From contig OZ059898.1 of assembly GCA_964057225.1 (NCBI GenBank), positions 1,736,001 through 1,800,000 of the forward strand: a stretch of 64,000 nucleotides of DNA, given 5' to 3'. The translations under genes were made by a program, and so were the position numbers. The stretch's first letter is position 1. Each line of letters starts with the position of its first letter. Origin of the DNA: Auanema rhodensis (taxonomy: Eukaryota > Animalia > Nematoda). Below, piece after piece: positions 54,501-64,000 of this stretch. The notes below the pieces were generated by a model that worked only from the letters and a program-made list of their open reading frames with translations, did no database searches and was not told where the DNA came from.

Positions 54501-55809
54501 ATTTTTTTGTTGAATAACATTGTCCATCGTCTTTGCCTTGAAAAAAGGAATCTAAAAACATCTACTTTTTGCTAAATTATTTTGAAATTTTTCGAAAAAA
54601 TTTTTGTCAAAATGTTTTTGGAAGCAATGTTGAGTGTACATGGAAACTCAACATACACTAATGCATCATTTTTCAAACGATCATAACTAATTTTTGTATT
54701 AAGCGTTTCTCAATGTAGTATAGTGCATTCGATGCGGATTTTTAAGCTGCGTCGACCTGTGTTATCAGATTTGCGCTAGCTTAAAAATGCACCGAGATAT
54801 CAACTGATATAAGTTCACACTTATATCCTCGATTTTGACCCTGAAGAATTAATTTTTTCGTTGAATAACATTGTCCATCGTCTTTGCCTTGAAAAAAGGA
54901 ATCTAAAAACATCTACTTTTTGCTAAATTATTTTGAAATTTTTTGAAAAAATTTTTGTCAAAATGTTTTTGGAAGCAATGTTGAGTGTACATGGAAACTC
55001 AACATACACTAATGCATCATTTTTCAAACGATCATAACTAATTTTTGTATTAAGCGTTTCTCAATGTAGCATAGTGCATTCGATGCAGATTTTTAAGCTG
55101 CGTCGATCTGTGTTATCAGATTTGCGCTAGCTTAAAAATGCACCGAGATATCAACTGATATAAGTTCACACTTATATCCTCGATTTTCACCCTGAAGAAT
55201 TAATTTTTTTGTTGAATAACATTGTCCATCGTCTTTGCCTTGAAAAAAGGAATCTAAAAACATCTACTTTTTGCTAAATTATTCTGAAATTTTTCGAAAA
55301 AATTTTTGTCAAAATGTTTTTGGAAGCAATGTTGAGTGTACATGGAAACTCAACATACACTAATGCATCATTTTTCAAACGATCATAACTAATTTTTGTA
55401 TTAAGCTTTTCTCAATGTAGTATAGTGCATTCGATGCGGATTTTTAAGCTGCGTCGATCTGTGTTATCAGATTTGCGCTAGCTTAAAAATGCACCGAGAT
55501 ATCAACTGATATAAGTTCACACTTATATCCTCGATTTTCACCCTGAAGAATTAATTTTTTTGTTGAATAACATTGTCCATCGTCTTTGCCTTGAAAAAAG
55601 GAATCTAAAAACATCTACTTTTTGCTAAATTATTTTGAAATTTTTCGAAAAAATTTTTGTCAAAATGTTTTTGGAAGCAATGTTGAATGTACATGGAAAC
55701 TCAACATACACTAATGCATCATTTTTCAAACGATCATAACTAATTTTTGTATTAAGCGTTTCTCAATGTAGTATAGTGCATTCGATGCGGATTTTTAAGC
55801 TGCGTCGAT
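51598..55809 (+). repeat. Nested higher-order repeat: 3-mer (1053 bp) x4 arranged as 6-mer (2106 bp) x2
   Basis: The p81G/p188T/p314C/p331A monomer occurs every third unit. p149T (52097/54203), p351C (52650/54756) and p229A (53581/55687) occur every sixth. Confidence 0.9.
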
Positions 55810-58800
55810 CTGTGTTATCAGATTTGCGCTAGCTTAAAAATGCACCGAGATATCAACTGATATAAGTTCACACTTATATCCTCGATTTTCACCCTGAAGA
55901 ATTAATTTTTTCGTTGAATAACATTGTCCATCGTCTTTGCCTTGAAAAAAGGAATCTAAAAACATCTACTTTTTGCTAAATTATTTTGAAATTTTTCGAA
56001 AAAATTTTTGTCAAAATGTTTTTGGAAGCAATGTTGAGTGTACATGGAAACTCAACATACACTAATGCATCATTTTTCAAACGATCATAACTAATTTTTG
56101 TATTAAGCGTTTCTCAATGTAGTATAGTGCATTCGATGCGGATTTTTAAGCTGCGTCGATCTGTGTTATCAGATTTGCGCTAGCTTAAAAATGCACCGAG
56201 ATATCAACTGATATAAGTTCACACTTATATCCTCGATTTTGACCCTGAAGAATTAATTTTTTCGTTGAATAACATTGTCCATCGTCTTTGCCTTGAAAAA
56301 AGGAATCTAAAAACATCTACTTTTTGCTAAATTATTTTGAAATTTTTCGAAAAAATTTTTGTCAAAATGTTTTTGGAAGCAATGTTGAGTGTACATGAAA
56401 ACTCAACATACACTAATGCATCATTTTTCAAACGATCATAACTAATTTTTGTATTAAGCGTTTCTCAATGTAGTATAGTGCATTCGATGCGGATTTTTAA
56501 GCTGCGTCGATCTGTGTTATCAGATTTGCGCTAGCTTAAAAATGCACCGAGATATCAACTGATATAAGTTCACACTTATATCCTCGATTTTGACCCTGAA
56601 GAATTAATTTTTTCGTTGAATAACATTGTCCATCGTCTTTGCCTTGAAAAAAGGAATCTAAAAACATCTACTTTTTGCTAAATTATTTTGAAAATTTTCG
56701 AAAAAATTTTTGTCAAAATGTTTTTGGAAGCAATGTTAAGTGTACATGGAAACTCAACATACACTAATGCATCATTTTTCAAACGATCATAACTAATTTT
56801 TGTATTAAGCGTTTCTCAATGTAGTATAGTGCATTCGATGCGGATTTTTAAGCTGCGTCGATCTGTGTTATCAGATTTGCGCTAGCTTAAAAATGCACCG
56901 AGATATCAACTGATATAAGTTCACACTTATATCCTCGATTTTGACCCTGAAGAATTAATTTTTTCGTTGAATAACATTGTCCATCGTCTTTGCCTTGAAA
57001 AAAGGAATCTAAAAACATCTACTTTTTGCTAAATTATTTTGAAAATTTTCGAAAAAATTTTTGTCAAAATGTTTTTGGAAGCAATGTTAAGTGTACATGG
57101 AAACTCAACATACACTAATGCATCATTTTTCAAACGATCATAACTAATTTTTGTATTAAGCGTTTCTCAATGTAGTATAGTGCATTCGATGCGGATTTTT
57201 AAGCTGCGTCGATCTGTGTTATCAGATTTGCGCTAGCTTAAAAATGCACCGAGATATCAACTGATATAAGTTCACACTTATATCCTCGATTTTGACCCTG
57301 AAGAATTAATTTTTTCGTTGAATAACATTGTCCATCGTCTTTGCCTTGAAAAAAGGAATCTAAAAACATCTACTTTTTGCTAAATTATTTTGAAAATTTT
57401 CGAAAAAATTTTTGTCAAAATGTTTTTGGAAGCAATGTTAAGTGTACATGGAAACTCAACATACACTAATGCATCATTTTTCAAACGATCATAACTAATT
57501 TTTGTATTAAGCGTTTCTCAATGTAGTATAGTGCATTCGATGCGGATTTTTAAGCTGCGTCGATCTGTGTTATCAGATTTGCGCTAGCTTAAAAATGCAC
57601 CGAGATATCAACTGATATAAGTTCACACTTATATCCTCGATTTTGACCCTGAAGAATTAATTTTTTCGTTGAATAACATTGTCCATCGTCTTTGCCTTGA
57701 AAAAAGGAATCTAAAAACATCTACTTTTTGCTAAATTATTTTGAAATTTTATGAAAAAATTTTTGTCAAAATGTTTTTGGAAGCAATGTTGAGTGTACAT
57801 GGAAACTCAACATACACTAATGCATCATTTTTCAAACGATCATAACTAATTTTTGTATTAAGCGTTTCTCAATGTAGTATAGTGCATTCGATGCGGATTT
57901 TTAAGCTGCGTCGATCTGTGTTATCAGATTTGCGCTAGCTTAAAAATGCACCGAGATATCAACTGATATAAGTTCACACTTATATCCTCGATTTTCACCC
58001 TGAAGAATCAATTTTTTCGTTGAATAACATTGTCCATCGTCTTTGCCTTGAAAAAAGGAATCTAAAAACATCTACTTTTTGCTAAATTATTTTGAAATTT
58101 TTTGAAAAAATTTTTGTCAAAATGTTTTTGGAAGCAATGTTGAGTGTACATGGAAACTCAACATACACTAATGCATCATTTTTCAAACGATCATAACTAA
58201 TTTTTGTATTAAGCGTTTCTCAATGTAGTATAGTGCATTCGATGCGGATTTTTAAGCTGCGTCGATCTGTGTTATCAGATTTGCGCTAGCTTAAAAATGC
58301 ACCGAGATATCAACTGATATAAGTTCACACTTATATCCTCGATTTTGACCCTGAAGAATTAATTTTTTCGTTGAATAACATTGTCCATCGTCTTTGCCTT
58401 GAAAAAAGGAATCTAAAAACATCTACTTTTTGCTAAATTATTTTGAAATTTTTCGAAAAAATTTTTGTCAAAATGTTTTTGGAAGCAATGTTGAGTGTAC
58501 ATGGAAACTCAACATACACTAATGCATCATTTTTCAAACGATCATAACTAATTTTTGTATTAAGCGTTTTTCAATGTAGTATAGTGCATTCGATGCGGAT
58601 TTTTAAGCTGCGTCGATCTGTGTTATCAGATTTGCGCTAGCTTAAAAATGCACCGAGATATCAACTGATATAAGTTCACACTTATATCCTCGATTTTCAC
58701 CCTGAAGAATTAATTTTTTCGTTGAATAACATTGTCCATCGTCTTTGCCTTGAAAAAAGGAATCTAAAAACATCTACTTTTTGCTAAATTATTTTGAAAT

Positions 58801-61800
58801 TTTTCGAAAAAATTTTTGTCAAAATGTTTTTGGAAGCAATGTTGAGTGTACATGGAAACTCAACATACACTAATGCATCATTTTTCAAACGATCATAACT
58901 AATTTTTGTATTAAGCGTTTCTCAATGTAGTATAGTGCATTCGATGCGGATTTTTAAGCTGCGTCGATCTGTGTTATCAGATTTGCGCTAGCTTAAAAAT
59001 GCACCGAGATATCAACTGATATAAGTTCACACTTATATCCTCGATTTTGACCCTGAAGAATTAATTTTTTCGTTGAATAACATTGTCCATCGTCTTTGCC
59101 TTGAAAAAAGGAATCTAAAAACATCTACTTTTTGCTAAATTATTTTGAAATTTTTCGAAAAAATTTTTGTCAAAATGTTTTTGGAAGCAATGTTGAGTGT
59201 ACATGGAAACTCAACATACACTAATGCATCATTTTTCAAACGATCATAACTAATTTTTGTATTAAGCGTTTCTCAATGTAGTATAGTGCATTCGATGCGG
59301 ATTTTTAAGCTGCGTCGATCTGTGTTATCAGATTTGCGCTAGCTTAAAAATGCACCGAGATATCAACTGATATAAGTTCACACTTATATCCTCGATTTTG
59401 ACCCTGAAGAATTAATTTTTTCGTTGAATAACATTGTCCATCGTCTTTGCCTTGAAAAAAGGAATCTAAAAACATCTACTTTTTGCTAAATTACTTTGAA
59501 ATTTTTCGAAAAAATTTTTGTCAAAATGTTTTTGGAAGCAATGTTGAGTGTACATGGAAACTCAACATACACTAATGCATCATTTTTCAAACGATCATAA
59601 CTAATTTTTGTATTAAGCGTTTCTCAATGTAGTATAGTGCATTCGATGCGGATTTTTAAGCTGCGTCGATCTGTGTTATCAGATTTGCGCTAGCTTAAAA
59701 ATGCACCGAGATATCAACTGATATAAGTTCACACTTATATCCTCGATTTTGACCCTGAAGAATTAATTTTTTCGTTGAATAACATTGTCCATCGTCTTTG
59801 CCTTGAAAAAAGGAATCTAAAAACATCTACTTTTTGCTAAATTATTTTGAAATTTTTCGAAAAAATTTTTGTCAAAATGTTTTTGGAAGCAATGTTGAGT
59901 GTACATGGAAACTCAACATACACTAATGCATCATTTTTCAAACGATCATAACTAATTTTTGTATTAAGCGTTTCTCAATGTAGTATAGTGCATTCGATGC
60001 GGATTTTTAAGCTGCGTCGATCTGTGTTATCAGATTTGCGCTAGCTTAAAAATGCACCGAGATATCAACTGATATAAGTTCACACTTATATCCTCGATTT
60101 TGACCCTGAAGAATTAATTTTTTCGTTGAATAACATTGTCCATCGTCTTTGCCTTGAAAAAAGGAATCTAAAAACATCTACTTTTTGCTAAATTATTTTG
60201 AAATTTTTCGAAAAAATTTTTGTCAAAATGTTTTTGGAAGCAATGTTGAGTGTACATGGAAACTCAACATACACTAATGCATCATTTTTCAAACGATCAT
60301 AACTAATTTTTGTATTAAGCGTTTCTCAATGTAGTATAGTGCATTCGATGCGGATTTTTAAGCTGCGTCGATCTGTGTTATCAGATTTGCGCTAGCTTAA
60401 AAATGCACCGAGATATCAACTGATATAAGTTCACACTTATATCCTCGATTTTCACCCTGAAGAATTAATTTTTTCGTTGAATAACATTGTCCATCGTCTT
60501 TGCCTTGAAAAAAGGAATCTAAAAACATCTACTTTTTGCTAAATTATTTTGAAATTTTATGAAAAAATTTTTGTCAAAATGTTTTTGGAAGCAATGTTGA
60601 GTGTACATGGAAACTCAACATACACTAATGCATCATTTTTCAAACGATCATAACTAATTTTTGTATTAAGCGTTTCTCAATGTAGTATAGTGCATTCGAT
60701 GCGGATTTTTAAGCTGCGTCGATCTGTGTTATCAGATTTGCGCTAGCTTAAAAATGCACCGAGATATCAACTGATATAAGTTCACACTTATATCCTCGAT
60801 TTTCACCCTGAAGAATTAATTTTTTCGTTGAATAACATTGTCCATCGTCTTTGCCTTGAAAAAAGGAATCTAAAAACATCTACTTTTTGCTAAATTATTT
60901 TGAAATTTTATGAAAAAATTTTTGTCAAAATGTTTTTGGAAGCAATGTTGAGTGTACATGGAAACTCAACATACACTAATGCATCATTTTTCAAACGATC
61001 ATAACTAATTTTTGTATTAAGCGTTTCTCAATGTAGTATAGTGCATTCGATGCGGATTTTTAAGCTGCGTCGATCTGTGTTATCAGATTTGCGCTAGCTT
61101 AAAAATGCACCGAGATATCAACTGATATAAGTTCACACTTATATCCTCGATTTTCACCCTGAAGAATTAATTTTTTCGTTGAATAACATTGTCCATCGTC
61201 TTTGCCTTGAAAAAAGGAATCTAAAAACATCTACTTTTTGCTAAATTATTTTGAAATTTTTTGAAAAAATTTTTGTCAAAATGTTTTTGGAAGCAATGTT
61301 GAGTGTACATGGAAACTCAACATACACTAATGCATCATTTTTCAAACGATCATAACTAATTTTTGTATTAAGCGTTTCTCAATGTAGTATAGTGCATTCG
61401 ATGCGGATTTTTAAGCTGCGTCGATCTGTGTTATCAGATTTGCGCTAGCTTAAAAATGCACCGAGATATCAACTGATATAAGTTCACACTTATATCCTCG
61501 ATTTTCACCCTGAAGAATTAATTTTTTCGTTGAATAACATTGTCCATCGTCTTTGCCTTGAAAAAAGAAATCTAAAAACATCTACTTTTTGCTAAATTAT
61601 TTTGAAATTTTTTGAAAAAATTTTTGTCAAAATGTTTTTGGAAGCAATGTTGAGTGTACATGGAAACTCAACATACACTAATGCATCATTTTTCAAACGA
61701 TCATAACTAATTTTTGTATTAAGCGTTTCTCAATGTAGTATAGTGCATTCGATGCGGATTTTTAAGCTGCGTCGATCTGTGTTATCAGATTTGCGCTAGC

Positions 61801-64000
61801 TTAAAAATGCACCGAGATATCAACTGATATAAGTTCACACTTATATCCTCGATTTTCACCCTGAAGAATTAATTTTTTCGTTGAATAACATTGTCCATCG
61901 TCTTTGCCTTGAAAAAAGGAATCTAAAAACATCTACTTTTTGCTAAATTATTTTGAAATTTTTTGAAAAAATTTTTGTCAAAATGTTTTTGGAAGCAATG
62001 TTGAGTGTACATGGAAACTCAACATACACTAATGCATCATTTTTCAAACGATCATAACTAATTTTTGTATTAAGCGTTTCTCAATGTAGTATAGTGCATT
62101 CGATGCGGATTTTTAAGCTGCGTCGATCTGTGTTATCAGATTTGCGCTAGCTTAAAAATGCACCGAGATATCAACTGATATAAGTTCACACTTATATCCT
62201 CGATTTTGACCCTGAAGAATTAATTTTTTCGTTGAATAACATTGTCCATCGTCTTTGCCTTGAAAAAAGGAATCTAAAAACATCTACTTTTTGCTAAATT
62301 ATTTTGAAATTTTTCGAAAAAATTTTTGTCAAAATGTTTTTGGAAGCAATGTTGAGTGTACATGGAAACTCAACATACACTAATGCATCATTTTTCAAAC
62401 GATCATAACTAATTTTTGTATTAAGCGTTTCTCAATGTAGTATAGTGCATTCGATGCGGATTTTTAAGCTGCGTCGATCTGTGTTATCAGATTTGCGCTA
62501 GCTTAAAAATGCACCGAGATATCAACTGATATAAGTTCACACTTATATCCTCGATTTTCACCCTGAAGAATTAATTTTTTCGTTGAATAACATTGTCCAT
62601 CGTCTTTGCCTTGAAAAAAGGAATCTAAAAACATCTACTTTTTGCTAAATTATTTTGAAATTTTATGAAAAAATTTTTGTCAAAATGTTTTTGGAAGCAA
62701 TGTTGAGTGTACATGGAAACTCAACATACACTAATGCATCATTTTTCAAACGATCATAACTAATTTTTGTATTAAGCGTTTCTCAATGTAGTATAGTGCA
62801 TTCGATGCGGATTTTTAAGCTGCGTCGATCTGTGTTATCAGATTTGCGCTAGCTTAAAAATGCACCGAGATATCAACTGATATAAGTTCACACTTATATC
62901 CTCGATTTTGACCCTGAAGAATTAATTTTTTCGTTGAATAACATTGTCCATCGTCTTTGCCTTGAAAAAAGGAATCTAAAAACATCTACTTTTTGCTAAA
63001 TTATTTTGAAATTTTTCGAAAAAATTTTTGTCAAAATGTTTTTGGAAGCAATGTTGAGTGTACATGGAAACTCAACATACACTAATGCATCATTTTTCAA
63101 ACGATCATAACTAATTTTTGTATTAAGCGTTTCTCAATGTAGTATAGTGCATTCGATGCGGATTTTTAAGCTGCGTCGATCTGTGTTATCAGATTTGCGC
63201 TAGCTTAAAAATGCACCGAGATATCAACTGATATAAGTTCACACTTATATCCTCGATTTTCACCCTGAAGAATTAATTTTTTCGTTGAATAACATTGTCC
63301 ATCGTCTTTGCCTTGAAAAAAGGAATCTAAAAACATCTACTTTTTGCTAAATTATTTTGAAATTTTATGAAAAAATTTTTGTCAAAATGTTTTTGGAAGC
63401 AATGTTGAGTGTACATGGAAACTCAACATACACTAATGCATCATTTTTCAAACGATCATAACTAATTTTTGTATTAAGCGTTTCTCAATGTAGTATAGTG
63501 CATTCGATGCGGATTTTTAAGCTGCGTCGATCTGTGTTATCAGATTTGCGCTAGCTTAAAAATGCACCGAGATATCAACTGATATAAGTTCACACTTATA
63601 TCCTCGATTTTCACCCTGAAGAATTAATTTTTTCGTTGAATAACATTGTCCATCGTCTTTGCCTTGAAAAAAGGAATCTAAAAACATCTACTTTTTGCTA
63701 AATTATTTTGAAATTTTATGAAAAAATTTTTGTCAAAATGTTTTTGGAAGCAATGTTGAGTGTACATGGAAACTCAACATACACTAATGCATCATTTTTC
63801 AAACGATCATAACTAATTTTTGTATTAAGCGTTTCTCAATGTAGTATAGTGCATTCGATGCGGATTTTTAAGCTGCGTCGATCTGTGTTATCAGATTTGC
63901 GCTAGCTTAAAAATGCACCGAGATATCAACTGATATAAGTTCACACTTATATCCTCGATTTTCACCCTGAAGAATTAATTTTTTCGTTGAATAACATTGT

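Larger units (their letters stand above)
1..64000. repeat. Tandem satellite DNA array, 351-bp monomer, ~182.3 copies, same orientation, ~99% identity
   Basis: The unit start CTGTGTTATCAGATTTGCGCTAGC recurs at 1, 352, 703 and onward. Exact register (20 x 351 = 7020) holds at 7021, 14041, 21061, 28081, 35101, 42121, 49141, 56161 and 63181. No unique sequence occurs anywhere, and the array runs off both window edges. Confidence 0.99.

Noticed and set aside
1-64000. CRISPR-like array (palindromic repeats at regular spacing)
   Set aside because: There are no unique spacers because the entire 351 bp repeats, and there are no cas genes or leader.
1-64000. Tandem RNA-gene cluster (5S rRNA, tRNA, snRNA, spliced leader)
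   Set aside because: I recognise no 5S, tRNA cloverleaf, Pol III A/B box or known spliced-leader sequence on either strand. AATTTTTG at p284-291 resembles an Sm site but is expected by chance at this AT content. An Rfam/Infernal scan would settle it.
1-64000. Rolling-circle/concatemer sequencing artefact, or a viroid-like or plasmid multimer
   Set aside because: Variants are shared between copies in ordered, nested, position-dependent blocks. That fits an evolved genomic array rather than random errors on one template.
1-64000. One regular array-wide higher-order repeat or a 'code' in the SNP pattern
   Set aside because: Periods differ locally (1, 2, 3, 6, 8, 16, 18 units) and are explained by sequential local duplications.

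Overview
The whole 64 kb window is one uninterrupted head-to-tail tandem array (satellite DNA) of a 351-bp monomer. It holds 182 full copies plus a 118-bp partial copy, and monomer n starts at 351(n-1)+1. The monomer is about 31% GC (57 C + 53 G counted in the consensus). Copies are about 99% identical, with roughly 0-5 substitutions each and no length change seen. I see no credible gene, RNA gene, CRISPR array or transposon insertion. The single ORF (10707-10904) is a chance read-through caused by a private T>A that removes a stop present in every other copy. The informative structure lies at two other levels. (1) Inside the monomer there are several inverted repeats: a concentric ~120-bp dyad, two perfect 9-bp-stem hairpins, a junction-spanning hairpin and a TTTTTCGAAAAA palindrome whose centre is a mutation hotspot. 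(2) Across monomers, diagnostic SNPs record nested tandem duplications or nascent higher-order repeats (8-mer, 16-mer with an internal 2-mer, 3-mer within 6-mer), mosaic monomers and layered variant domains. It looks like eukaryotic (peri)centromeric or heterochromatic satellite from a genome without CpG depletion, but I cannot name the family or organism. I found no support for a novel protein-coding system. Variant positions were read by eye; 'pN' means position N within the monomer and 'Mn' means monomer n.
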